Shown here in pieces: positions 1 through 9,173 of a stretch of DNA of 64,000 nt. Position 1 is the first letter of the stretch; the number at the start of each line of letters is the position of its first letter. Source of the stretch: Pseudoflavonifractor capillosus. GTDB lineage: Bacteria; Bacillota; Clostridia; Oscillospirales; Oscillospiraceae. The translations under genes and the position numbers were made by a program. Below the pieces are notes generated by a model that was not told the origin of the DNA, made no database searches, and saw only the letters and a list, made by a program, of their open reading frames with translations. The stretch is from NCBI RefSeq assembly GCF_016899775.1, contig NZ_JACJJE010000007.1:23256-87255 (forward strand), in the 5' to 3' direction.

Positions 1-425
1 AATTTAAGGTGAACGGCCTGTGCGGCAAGCGGTCCGCCCGCCTGACCTGGTCGGAGGCGGAGCGGCTGCTCTCCGGGGAGGACGCCTTCCTTCTGGAGCG
101 GGGGGAGCCCCTGCTGTCGGAGCTGTACCACAAGCTCCGGGGGACGCTGCTGCGGCCCAGGACGGTGGTGTGCTATGACCGGGAGGCATTCCTGTACGCC
201 CCCGGAAACGTCCGGGTGACCCTGGACCGGGACCTGCGCACCTGCGGGGACAGCGCCGGCTTCCTGTCCCCAGGAGCCTTTCCCCTCAGGCCCCTGGAGG
301 GGGTGACGGTACTGGAGGTCAAGTACGATGCCTTTCTCCCCGACCTGGTGCGGCTGGCCGTCCAGACGCCGGGCCGCCGGGCGGGGGCCTGTTCCAAATA
401 CGCCCTGTGCCGGCGGTTTGACTGA
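1..425 (+). CDS. VTC-domain protein (polyphosphate-polymerase-like domain), 5'-partial at window edge
   Basis: Reading frame is open from the window start and the first in-frame start is GTG at 9. Length (138 aa visible) and sequence are typical of VTC-domain proteins that precede DUF4956 and CotH genes. High-GC codon usage. Confidence 0.5.
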   Translation, partial: FKVNGLCGKRSARLTWSEAERLLSGEDAFLLERGEPLLSELYHKLRGTLLRPRTVVCYDREAFLYAPGNVRVTLDRDLRTCGDSAGFLSPGAFPLRPLEGVTVLEVKYDAFLPDLVRLAVQTPGRRAGACSKYALCRRFD

Positions 426-442
426 GAACGAAGAAAAGAGGT

Positions 443-1132
443 GTGGCTGCCATGCCCACGTTCACCTTTCAGGACATCTTCAAATCCAGCTTTCTGGAGC
501 GGCTGGACGCGGTCTCCCTGCCGGACGCCGTCATCGCCCTGGCGCTGGCCTTCTGCCTGGGCTTGTTCATCTTCCTGGTCTATAAAAAATGCTACGCCGG
601 GGTCATGTACGCCCCCAGCTTCGGGGTGACCCTCATCGCCCTCACCCTCATCACAACCCTGCTGATCCTGGCGGTGACCAGCAACATCGTCCTCTCCCTG
701 GGCATGGTGGGCGCCCTGTCCATCGTCCGCTTCCGTACCGCCATCAAGGAGCCCATGGATATCGCCTTCCTGTTCTGGGCCATCGCGGCGGGCATCGTGC
801 TGGCGGCGGGGCTGATCCCCCTGGCGGTGGTGGGCAGCCTATTTGTGGGGGTGGTGCTGCTGGTGTTCTCCCGGCAGAAGAACGGGGAGTCCCCCTACAT
901 CCTGGTGGTCCACTGCGCCGACCAGGATGTGGAGGGGCAGGTGCGCGCCCTGGTGGAGGCCCGGGTGCGGCGGCTGAATCTGAAGAGCAAGAGCGTGGCC
1001 CCGGGCCAGATCGAGCTGAACTACGAGGTGCGCCTGCGGGATGCCGACACGGAGTTCGTCAATGAGCTGGGGGCCATGGAGGGCGTGTGGAACGTGGTGC
1101 TGGTCTCCTACAACGGGGACTACATGGGGTGA
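443..1132 (+). CDS. DUF4956-like integral membrane protein
   Basis: 229 aa with multiple hydrophobic helices. Lies between the VTC-domain gene and cotH, a conserved three-gene association. Confidence 0.55.
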   Translation: MAAMPTFTFQDIFKSSFLERLDAVSLPDAVIALALAFCLGLFIFLVYKKCYAGVMYAPSFGVTLIALTLITTLLILAVTSNIVLSLGMVGALSIVRFRTAIKEPMDIAFLFWAIAAGIVLAAGLIPLAVVGSLFVGVVLLVFSRQKNGESPYILVVHCADQDVEGQVRALVEARVRRLNLKSKSVAPGQIELNYEVRLRDADTEFVNELGAMEGVWNVVLVSYNGDYMG

Positions 1133-1136
1133 GGCC

Positions 1137-2618
1137 ATGATCCGCCACCGGCATATCGATCTTATCTGCGGCGGGGCCATCCTATTGGCCCTGGTCCTCA
1201 CCGGTCTGCTCTGCTTCGGGGAGGCTCTGGGCCTCCGGCCCGCCAGCGCCGCGCCCGGGTACGCCTCCCGCCTCTTTGACGATGGCCGGGTCCACACCGT
1301 GGACCTGCGGGTGGAGGACTGGGCGGCTTTCCTCGAAAACGCCCCGGCGGAGGAGTATATCCCCTGCACCGCGGTCATCGACGGGGAGGAATTTTACCAG
1401 GTGGGCCTGCGGGCCAAGGGGAACAACTCCCTCCGGCTGACGGAGGAGTACGGCCTGTCCCGGTACAGTCTGAAGCTGGAATTCGACCACTATGTGGACG
1501 GGGGCAACTACCATGGCCTGGACAAGTTCTCCCTGGACGCCTCCTTTCAGGACAACAGTTATCTCAAAACGTACCTGGTCTACGACATGATGGACTATAT
1601 GGAGGTACCGGCGCCCTTGTGTAGCTACGCCTGGGTGACGGTGAACGGTCAGCCTTGGGGGCTGTTTCTGGCCATCGAGGAGCCGGAGGAGGCCTTTGCC
1701 CGGCGGAATTTCGGCCCGGATCACGGAGCGCTCTACAAGCCGGACTACCGCTCCCTGAACGCGGAGAACGCCGACGTGGCCCTGCGGTACATCGGCGATG
1801 ACCCCGCCGCCTACCCAAACATCTTTGACAACGCCAAGTTTGACACGGACGTGGCGGACCGGGAGCGGCTGATCCAGGCCCTGCGGGTGCTGTCCACCGG
1901 GGAGGACCTGGAGACGGCGGTCAATGCGGATGAGGTGCTGCGGTATTTTGCCGTCCAGGTGTTCGTCATGAACTGGGACAGCTACCTGGGCCACACCGGG
2001 CACAACTACTTCCTCTATGAGGAGGACGGGGTGATCTCCATTCTGCCCTGGGACTACAACCTGGCCTTCGGCACCTACGCCTTGGGCATGACCGATCCCA
2101 TCCGGGACCCCGACGTACTGATCAACTGGCCCATCAACACCCCCGCCCGGGGGGAGACCATGCTGAAACGGCCCCTCTATCACAATCTGATGAAAAACAA
2201 CGACTATTTTGCTCGGTATCACGCCTATTTCGACCAGTTGCTCACGGAGTATTTCGAGAGCGGCCGGTATGAGGCGGTCATCCGGCAGACCCAGGCCATG
2301 ATCGCCCCCTATGTCCAGGCCGACCCCACCGCCTTCTGCTCCTATGGGGACCACCTGCTGGCGGTGGACACCCTGCTGGAGGTGTGCCGCCTGCGCTCCG
2401 AGAGCACTCGGGGACAGCTGGAGGGGGACTATCCCATCACCCTGGCCCAGCAGGGGTCGCAACCGGGGGCGGGGGTGGACGCCTCCCATGTGGATCTGCG
2501 GACTCTGGGGGATTTCGACGACCTGGAGGCCGCAAAGGAGCGGCAGGATGAGGCCGCGGCAGTGGCGGGGACGGAATCAGAGGGCGGCTCATATTGTTTA
2601 CAGCCCTCCAATTTTTGA
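1137..2618 (+). CDS. cotH: CotH kinase-family protein
   Basis: ATG at 1137, in frame with ORF 1041..2618 and 4 nt after the upstream stop. N-terminal TM anchor followed by a CotH-like domain (FVMNWDSY, NYFLYEED, WDYNLAFG motifs). Confidence 0.7.
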   Translation: MIRHRHIDLICGGAILLALVLTGLLCFGEALGLRPASAAPGYASRLFDDGRVHTVDLRVEDWAAFLENAPAEEYIPCTAVIDGEEFYQVGLRAKGNNSLRLTEEYGLSRYSLKLEFDHYVDGGNYHGLDKFSLDASFQDNSYLKTYLVYDMMDYMEVPAPLCSYAWVTVNGQPWGLFLAIEEPEEAFARRNFGPDHGALYKPDYRSLNAENADVALRYIGDDPAAYPNIFDNAKFDTDVADRERLIQALRVLSTGEDLETAVNADEVLRYFAVQVFVMNWDSYLGHTGHNYFLYEEDGVISILPWDYNLAFGTYALGMTDPIRDPDVLINWPINTPARGETMLKRPLYHNLMKNNDYFARYHAYFDQLLTEYFESGRYEAVIRQTQAMIAPYVQADPTAFCSYGDHLLAVDTLLEVCRLRSESTRGQLEGDYPITLAQQGSQPGAGVDASHVDLRTLGDFDDLEAAKERQDEAAAVAGTESEGGSYCLQPSNF

Positions 2619-2873
2619 GCTGTGGACAGCGCAGAAAGGGCTTGTCTAAACCTGTCTTCAGAGTTACCGTGCAGGCGGCCAGAAAAATAGGAAACGCTTC
2701 CTCTCTGCGCTGGCGGACATGCCGTTGGAAACAGGTGGGAGACGTTTCTGACCACAGTTTCAGCCACAGAGTGGCGTGGAACATATGGAAACAGCACTTC
2801 CAAAGAGTGACGGAAAGTAAATGGAATGGAGCGGAAACGGCGCAAAACAAACGAAAAACATGCAAAAAATCTT

Positions 2874-2928
2874 TCGGAACCTATTTGGGAGCAGGAGGCC
2901 CGGGGTTCGAGTCCCCACACTCCGACCA
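2874..2928 (+). ncRNA. tRNA-like T-arm/acceptor/CCA module (3' module of element copy A, detached from its 5' block)
   Basis: Sequence GGGGTTCGAGTCCCC-ACACTCCG-A-CCA is homologous to the 3' ends of copy B (16291-16348) and copy C (50440-50478). A terminator follows directly. Confidence 0.35.
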
Positions 2929-2937
2929 CCTTACGCA

Positions 2938-2976
2938 GAAAAACCGCCTGAAAAGGCGGTTTTTCTGCGTTTTTTG
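2938..2976 (+). terminator. intrinsic terminator
   Basis: AAAACCGCCTGAAAAGGCGGTTTTT hairpin followed by a T-run, immediately after the CCA. Confidence 0.6.
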
Positions 2977-3150
2977 TTCTATTTTTGTTGCTTGGACGAT
3001 TGCGGTTCGGCTCTGTATATCGCCGCCTCCTTTTTGCCACCGAACAATATCAAAGAAAGAGGGAAATATCTACTACTTTATCACCCTATGTCAACCTCTG
3101 TTGTCTTTTGTGCAGAGGCATGAGAAAATGGCTTAGGTTGCTTGCAGGAA

Positions 3151-3342
3151 GGGTTTATTCTTTGTTTATGCGGCGCATTTCCTGCGCCGCTCCTCTGAGG
3201 TGATTAGCCTGTCATCGCCCCCTCAAACCAGGCGGAACATCTTTTAATATACAGAATTCAATCCCACACCCATCCCAAAAGACGAAAGGTTTTCTTGAAA
3301 CAAGCAGGGCAAAAGAGTTCTAAAGAGAAACTGCCGAAGCAG
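3151..3342 (+). ncRNA. conserved ~190-nt block of the tRNA-like-terminated element family, copy A (5' block, lying downstream of its own 3' module)
   Basis: About 85% identical to 16061-16250. Shared strings are gggttt(t)attct(c/t)tgtttatgcggcgca, gaggtgatt(t)agcctgtc, ccctcaaacc and gaaaggttttcttgaaacaagcagggcaaaagagttctaaagag. Contains a perfect hairpin GCGGCGCAtttccTGCGCCGC. Confidence 0.35.
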
Positions 3343-3517
3343 AGGAAAGGGCCAAAGAGGGCGATAGAGTTCAGACACACATATGGTCCTCCTCTCAGAC
3401 AAAGCGTGTTACTCGGGTGTGGAACCCTCTGGTTGATTCTATTTTACGGTATGGGGCATGCAGAATAAAGGGCTTCTCCCGCAAATAACAGGGGGCTATT
3501 TCTGCAAAAAGGGAGCA

Positions 3518-4042
3518 TTAACCGCCGTTTTTGTCCCCCTTCCGGTAGGCATTATACTGCTCAATATCAATAATTCCATTATCCAGCATCTTTTCGCACC
3601 AGAGCTGGAGGGTTTCCACTGTGATAGAGATCCGCTCCAGCTCCTCCTGGATGTGAATAAAATCGGCCAGCTCATCTTCCGTAATTTGCCCGTCGGCGGT
3701 GATCTCGATCAGCCGCTCCTTCTGCTTGTTCATGGAGTTGAGAGAGACCAGCATCTCCAGGACAATCTGGGAGAGCTCCTTGATCTTGATCTCTGGAACG
3801 TACTGCCACCCGATGGGACACTGGCTGGCACAGTAGTAGTTGCACAGTCCAGGCTGTTTATATTGATCGGACATTAGCAGCACCTCATCCGGATGGGGCA
3901 TGGAGCGCTCATTTTCAATCTTCTCAATCCGCTCGGGAGACATGGTCACCAACAGCTCACTGGCGTCCTCCCAGGTCGGTTTCAGACTCTCCCGGGTCAG
4001 CTGGTAAATGGCCTTGTTTTCTTTGGTGGATACTCTGGCCAT
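3518..4042 (-). CDS. hypothetical protein (possible HTH/Cys-containing regulator)
   Basis: ORF 3518..4072; likely start at MARVSTK. Lower GC than neighbours. No confident family assignment. Confidence 0.35.
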   Translation of the reverse strand: MARVSTKENKAIYQLTRESLKPTWEDASELLVTMSPERIEKIENERSMPHPDEVLLMSDQYKQPGLCNYYCASQCPIGWQYVPEIKIKELSQIVLEMLVSLNSMNKQKERLIEITADGQITEDELADFIHIQEELERISITVETLQLWCEKMLDNGIIDIEQYNAYRKGDKNGG

Positions 4043-4246
4043 GATGCTTTCCTCACTCCATGCAAGAACCAAAACTTCTAGGTCCTGTTTTCTCCATTAT
4101 ACGGGATATGAGGGATAAAAACAATTACTTTCCTTGCCCTTTTCTCCCGTACGCCCTATGGAAACAAAAAAGGCGTTTCCTTTCCCGCCGGAACGAATCG
4201 CCGGTAAAGGGCAGGGAGCGTCTTTTTCTGCATGATAAACATCTTG

Positions 4247-4933
4247 TCACAGGTTCTGTTCCATATTGGCGCTGATCACATTGAAGTGGTGGTTGATGGC
4301 CAGAATCAGCTGGGCCTTATCCCGGCGGGCCAGAGCGTCCACAATCTGTTCGTGGGCGTACTGCAGCTGGTTGCCGGTCTGGAAGTTGCGCAGGATATGC
4401 CGGCGCATATCGGTGATGAAGCGGTCGATAGTGGTGGAGAGGGCCCGGTGAATCTGGATAATCAGCTCGTTGCCTGAGATGGCGGCAATGGTATCATGGA
4501 GCTGCTTATCCAGTTGGGCGGCCCGCTTGGAGGAACAGGACGCCATCTCCTCCACCATTCCGGACAGCTCCCGGACCTGCTCGTCGGTGATGCGCCCCAG
4601 GGCCAACAGGGCGGCCTGCAGCTCCAGGCCCGCCCGCAGCTCCCCCAGCCTCCGGTAGTCGATCTGCTGCAGGAGCATCAGCAGGTCAAAGGAGTCCTGC
4701 AGATTGCGCTGGATGTTGCAGCAGATAAAATTGCCGGCCCCTTGGTTGCTGACGATAAATCCCATATGCTCCAGCAGCCGAACTGCCTCCCGCACCGAGT
4801 TGCGGCTGATGCCCAACTGCTCGGCCAGCTCCCGCTCCGGAGGCAAGGGATCCCCCAGGGACAGCTGTCCGCGGCGCAAGGAATCCTCCAGATAGGTGAG
4901 CACTTTTTCATAGGATTTGGGCTGTTCCGCCAT
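4247..4933 (-). CDS. GntR/FadR-family transcriptional regulator (LldR/PdhR-like)
   Basis: HTH motif ELAEQLGISRNSVREAVRLLEHMGFI plus a C-terminal FCD-like helical domain. RBS AGGAGG precedes ATG at 4933. Divergent from the lactate cluster. Confidence 0.75.
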   Translation of the reverse strand: MAEQPKSYEKVLTYLEDSLRRGQLSLGDPLPPERELAEQLGISRNSVREAVRLLEHMGFIVSNQGAGNFICCNIQRNLQDSFDLLMLLQQIDYRRLGELRAGLELQAALLALGRITDEQVRELSGMVEEMASCSSKRAAQLDKQLHDTIAAISGNELIIQIHRALSTTIDRFITDMRRHILRNFQTGNQLQYAHEQIVDALARRDKAQLILAINHHFNVISANMEQNL

Positions 4934-5224
4934 GGAAATCTTCCTCCTTGGCATGATGTACATGTAAATAGTATAGCACAAGGAGAAGGCCACTGTAAAG
5001 GTGCGACCAACTCATTCTAACTGGTAGGACCAACATGTTTTTAAAAAAGCCGATAATTGCAAACTTTTTCGTAATATTGTCCAATTATCGCCTTGACATC
5101 TAGAAGTCTCAGGAATAATATATAAATGTTCTAAAAATTCCTTGTATTGTTGCGCGCTTTTTATTTTATATGGTAGAACCAATTTAAGGAATAGGTCAAC
5201 CACTGAAACAGGAGGTTATCATCT

Positions 5225-6514
5225 ATGCAGACGATTTCCCTTCCTTACGGACGGGGCCGGGTTGAGGCTCAGATCCCGGACCAGCGCCTGGCGGCGGTTC
5301 TCCGCTCCGGCGCACAGAGCTATCGGCCTCAGGCCGACCAGGATCAGCTGGTGCGGCAGGCTCTGGAGAACCCCATCGGCACGCCCCCGCTCCGGGAATT
5401 GGCCAAAGGCAAGCATCAGGTTGTCATTATCAGCAGCGATCACACCCGCCCGGTCCCCAGCAAGGTTATTTTGCCCCAGTTGGTAGATGAGATCCGGGCC
5501 GGTTCCCCTTCTGCAAAGATCACCGTGCTGGTGGCCACCGGCTTCCACCGCCCCACCACCCGGGAAGAGATGCTGGACAAATACGGCGAGGAGCTTTTCC
5601 TCCGGTCCGGCCTGCACTTTGCCGTCCATCTCAGCGGCAAGGATGAGGACATGGTATCTCTGGGCACCCTGCCCTCCGGCGGCAAGCTGCTCATCAACAA
5701 GCTGGCCGCCCAGGCGGACCTGCTGGTGGCTGAGGGCTTCATTGAGCCCCACTTCTTTGCCGGTTTCTCCGGCGGGCGCAAGAGTGTGCTCCCCGGAGTC
5801 GCCAGCCGGACCACCGTACTGGCCAACCACTGCTCCGCTTTCATTGACAGCCTCTTTGCCCGCACCGGCATCCTGGACGGCAACCCCATTCACCGGGATA
5901 TGATCTACGCCGCCCAGCAGGCTAAGCTGGCTTTCATCTGCAATGTAGTCATTGACGAGAAAAAAGAAGTGATTGCCGCTTTCGCCGGCCACTTCAATGA
6001 GGCCCACCGGGCTGGCTGCGCTTTTGTAGAACAGCTCTCCGGTGTCTCAGCTGTCCCCGCCCCCATTGTCATCTCCACCAACGGCGGCTATCCCCTGGAC
6101 CAGAACATCTACCAATCGGTGAAGGGAATGACCGCTGCCGAGGCCACCTGCGCCCCCGGGGGTGTGATCATTATGGTCTCCGCCTGCAGCGACGGACACG
6201 GCGGCCAGTCGTTCTACGACACCTTCGCTCAGGAACCCGACGAGGAAAAAATCATGGCCTCCTTCCTGGCCACCCCCAGCGACCGCACCATTCCCGACCA
6301 GTGGGAAGCTCAGATTCTCTGCCGTATTCTCTTAAAGCACCCGGTGATCATGGTCACCCAGGCCCCCCGGGAGATGGTGGAGGCCATGCACATGCACTGG
6401 GCCCCCGATCTTTCGGCGGCCATCGACCTGGCCGACCGGCTGCTGGGCTGGGCGGACAGCCCCATCACGGTAATCCCCGACGGCGTGTCGGTGATTGTAA
6501 AGAAAGCAGAATAA
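5225..6514 (+). CDS. larA: LarA-like nickel-dependent lactate racemase (DUF2088 N-terminal domain)
   Basis: 429 aa; N-terminal region MQTISLPYG...ISSDHTRPVP...ATGFHRP is typical of the LarA family. Confidence 0.7.
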   Translation: MQTISLPYGRGRVEAQIPDQRLAAVLRSGAQSYRPQADQDQLVRQALENPIGTPPLRELAKGKHQVVIISSDHTRPVPSKVILPQLVDEIRAGSPSAKITVLVATGFHRPTTREEMLDKYGEELFLRSGLHFAVHLSGKDEDMVSLGTLPSGGKLLINKLAAQADLLVAEGFIEPHFFAGFSGGRKSVLPGVASRTTVLANHCSAFIDSLFARTGILDGNPIHRDMIYAAQQAKLAFICNVVIDEKKEVIAAFAGHFNEAHRAGCAFVEQLSGVSAVPAPIVISTNGGYPLDQNIYQSVKGMTAAEATCAPGGVIIMVSACSDGHGGQSFYDTFAQEPDEEKIMASFLATPSDRTIPDQWEAQILCRILLKHPVIMVTQAPREMVEAMHMHWAPDLSAAIDLADRLLGWADSPITVIPDGVSVIVKKAE

Positions 6515-6551
6515 ATTACTTAATGAGAAGGAAAGAAAAGAGGAATCCGCT

Positions 6552-7973
6552 ATGAGTCAGTATGAAAAAGTGACCCCCGAACTGATCCAGGCGTTGCAGG
6601 CTGCGGTGCCCGGCCGGGTCAGCGTGGACGGGGACATCAACGACGACTTCTCCCACGACGAGATGCCCATCTACGGCAAGGCCATGCCCGAGGTGGTGGT
6701 GGAGGCTGTCTCCACCGAAGAGGTGGCCGCAGTGATGAAGCTGTGCAACGAGCACCATGTACCGGTCACCCCCCGGGGCGCCGGCACCGGCCTGACCGGC
6801 GGCGCTGTCCCGGTCTGCGGCGGTGTGGTGCTGTCCATCGCCAAGATGAACAAGATTCTCTCCTACGACACCGACAACATGGTGGTCCGGGTCCAGGCCG
6901 GCGTGCTCCTCAACGATCTGGCCGAGGACGCAGCCAAGAAGGGCTTCCTCTATCCCCCCGATCCCGGCGAGAAGTTCGCCACCCTGGGCGGCAACGTGTC
7001 CACCAACGCCGGCGGTATGCGGGCGGTCAAGTACGGCACCACCCGGGACTATGTGCGGGCCATGACCGTGGTCCTGCCCACCGGTGAGATCGTAAACATG
7101 GGCGCCAGCGTATCCAAGACCAGCTCCGGCTACTCCCTGCTCAATCTGATGATCGGCTCTGAGGGCACTCTGGGCATCATCACCGAGCTGACTCTGAAGC
7201 TGATTCCCGCCCCCAAGGCTGTCATCAGCCTGGTGGCCCTCTATGAGAACCTGGAGGACTGCATCGCCACCGTGCCCAAAATGATGCGGGCCAACCTGCA
7301 CCCCCAGGCCCTGGAGTTCATGGAGCGGGAGATCGTCCGCCTCAGCGAGTCCTACCTGGGCAAGAGCACCTTCCCCCAGACCTTTGAGGGCAGCGACGTG
7401 AACGCCTACCTGCTCATCACCTTCGACGGGGACAGCGAGGAGCAGCTGGACGAGATGATCGAGCAGGCCTCCGAGGTCCTGCTGGAGGCCGGCGCTCTGG
7501 ACATCCTGGTAGCCGACACTCCCCAGCTGAAGAAGGACGCCTGGGCCGCCCGTTCCACCTTCCTGGAGGCCATTGAGGCCAACACCAAGCTGCTGGACGA
7601 GAGCGACGTGGTGGTGCCCGTCAACGAGATCGCCCACTATGTGAACTTCATCAACGAGATCGCCAAGGACTACGACTTCGAGGTCAAGAGCTTCGGCCAC
7701 GCCGGCGACGGCAACCTGCACATCTACAACTGCTCCAACGACATGGACCCGGAGGAGTTCAAGCGCCAGGTGGCCGCCTTCATGAAGCGGGCCTACGGCA
7801 AGGCCACTGAGCTGGGCGGCCTCATCTCCGGCGAGCACGGCATCGGCCGGGGCAAGATGGAGTATCTGGCCGAGATGGTGGGCCCGGTGAACATGCGCCT
7901 GATGGAGGGCATCAAGCACACCTTTGACCCCAACATGATCCTGAATCCCGGCAAGGTCTGCTACACCCTGTAA
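6552..7973 (+). CDS. FAD-linked oxidase (GlcD/LctD-like, probable D-lactate dehydrogenase)
   Basis: 473 aa with a FAD-binding PCMH domain (TPRGAGTGLTGGAVP) and a C-terminal FAD-oxidase domain (HAGDGNLH). Confidence 0.75.
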   Translation: MSQYEKVTPELIQALQAAVPGRVSVDGDINDDFSHDEMPIYGKAMPEVVVEAVSTEEVAAVMKLCNEHHVPVTPRGAGTGLTGGAVPVCGGVVLSIAKMNKILSYDTDNMVVRVQAGVLLNDLAEDAAKKGFLYPPDPGEKFATLGGNVSTNAGGMRAVKYGTTRDYVRAMTVVLPTGEIVNMGASVSKTSSGYSLLNLMIGSEGTLGIITELTLKLIPAPKAVISLVALYENLEDCIATVPKMMRANLHPQALEFMEREIVRLSESYLGKSTFPQTFEGSDVNAYLLITFDGDSEEQLDEMIEQASEVLLEAGALDILVADTPQLKKDAWAARSTFLEAIEANTKLLDESDVVVPVNEIAHYVNFINEIAKDYDFEVKSFGHAGDGNLHIYNCSNDMDPEEFKRQVAAFMKRAYGKATELGGLISGEHGIGRGKMEYLAEMVGPVNMRLMEGIKHTFDPNMILNPGKVCYTL

Positions 7974-8014
7974 ACATACTGGAAAAGACAGAAAATCGAG
8001 CGGAGGAAAAACTC

Positions 8015-9154
8015 ATGTCCTATTTGATTTCAGAGGCTGCCCAGGATCTGCTGGGCGATGTGAAGGATTTTTGTGAAAACGAGGTCAAGGAGCCCTGCAA
8101 GGAGTTTGACCGCAGCGGCGAGTGGCCCAAGGAGATCTACGACCAGGCTATCGAGATGCAGCTGCAGACACTGGAGGTCCCCGAGGAGTACGGCGGCCCC
8201 GGTCTGAGCCGGGTGGATGTGGCCGCCCTGTTTGAGGAGATGGCCAAGGCCGACGCCGGCTTTGCTACCACCATCTCCGCCAGCGGCCTGGGCATGAAGC
8301 CGGTGCTCATCGCCGGCAACGAGGCCCAGAAGAAGCACGCCTGCCAGCTCATCATGGACGGCGGCTTCGGTGCCTTCTGCCTCACCGAGCCCGGTGCCGG
8401 CTCCGACGCTAGCGCCGGCAAGACCACCGCCGTGAAGGACGGGGACAGCTACATCCTCAACGGCCGCAAGTGCTTCATCACCAACGGCGGCGTGGCCTCC
8501 TTCTACTGCGTCACCGCCATGACCGACAAGTCCGCCGGCGTGAAGGGCATGTCCATGTTCTTCATCGAGGCCGGCACCCCCGGTCTCTCCACCGGCCACG
8601 AGGAGGACAAGATGGGTATCCGCACCTCCAACACCTGCGACGTGGTGCTGGACGACTGCCGTATCCCTGCCTCCGATCTGCTGGGCGCTGAGGGGCAGGG
8701 CTTCACCATCGCCATGAAGACTCTGGACCAGGCCCGTGCCTGGATGGGCTGCATCGCCACCGGCATCGCCCAGCGGGCCATGGAAGAGGCCATTGCCTAT
8801 GGCAAGGAGCGTGTCCAGTTCGGCAAGCCCATTCTGAAGAACCAGGCCCTCCAGTTCAAGGTGGCTGACATGGCCATCAAGATTGAGACCGCCCGTCAGA
8901 TGGTGGCCCACACCCTGACTCTGATGGATCAGGGCCTGCCCTGCTCCAAGGAGTCCGCCATCGCTAAGTGCTATGCTTCCGACATCGCCATGGAGGTGGC
9001 ATCCGAGGCCATCCAGATGTTCGGCGGTTACGGTTACAGCCGGGAGTACCCGGTGGAAAAGCTGCTCCGCGACGCTAAGATCTTCCAGATCTTTGAGGGC
9101 ACCAACGAGGTGCAGCGCATTGTGGTTGCCAACAACACCATTGGAAAATTCTAA
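8015..9154 (+). CDS. acyl-CoA dehydrogenase (butyryl-/acryloyl-CoA reductase-type)
   Basis: 379 aa with ACAD motifs (CLTEPGAGSDA, QIFEGTNEVQR). Immediately upstream of etfBA. Confidence 0.8.
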   Translation: MSYLISEAAQDLLGDVKDFCENEVKEPCKEFDRSGEWPKEIYDQAIEMQLQTLEVPEEYGGPGLSRVDVAALFEEMAKADAGFATTISASGLGMKPVLIAGNEAQKKHACQLIMDGGFGAFCLTEPGAGSDASAGKTTAVKDGDSYILNGRKCFITNGGVASFYCVTAMTDKSAGVKGMSMFFIEAGTPGLSTGHEEDKMGIRTSNTCDVVLDDCRIPASDLLGAEGQGFTIAMKTLDQARAWMGCIATGIAQRAMEEAIAYGKERVQFGKPILKNQALQFKVADMAIKIETARQMVAHTLTLMDQGLPCSKESAIAKCYASDIAMEVASEAIQMFGGYGYSREYPVEKLLRDAKIFQIFEGTNEVQRIVVANNTIGKF

Positions 9155-9173
9155 TTGAAGGAGCTCGAGTGAT

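Noticed and set aside
1182-2489. 435-aa minus-strand ORF antisense to cotH, and similar long antisense ORFs (6516..7919, 8030..9280, 9075..10376, 9925..11250, 16590..17420, 17874..18821, 18882..20120, 20791..21606, 50965..52140, 52789..53892, 56380..57810, 59214..59861)
   Set aside because: High-GC antisense frames lacking stops. The protein sequences are low-complexity (G/A/P/R/H-rich) with no family signatures, while the sense-strand genes have clear motifs.
2429-3136. ORFs 2429..3040(-), 2437..2865(-), 2594..3136(+) and 2821..3123(+) overlapping the tRNA-like module
   Set aside because: They translate the T-arm region (the GLEPRASCSQ-type signature of tRNA-like DNA read in the wrong frame), carry no RBS or family features and have atypical composition; judged spurious.
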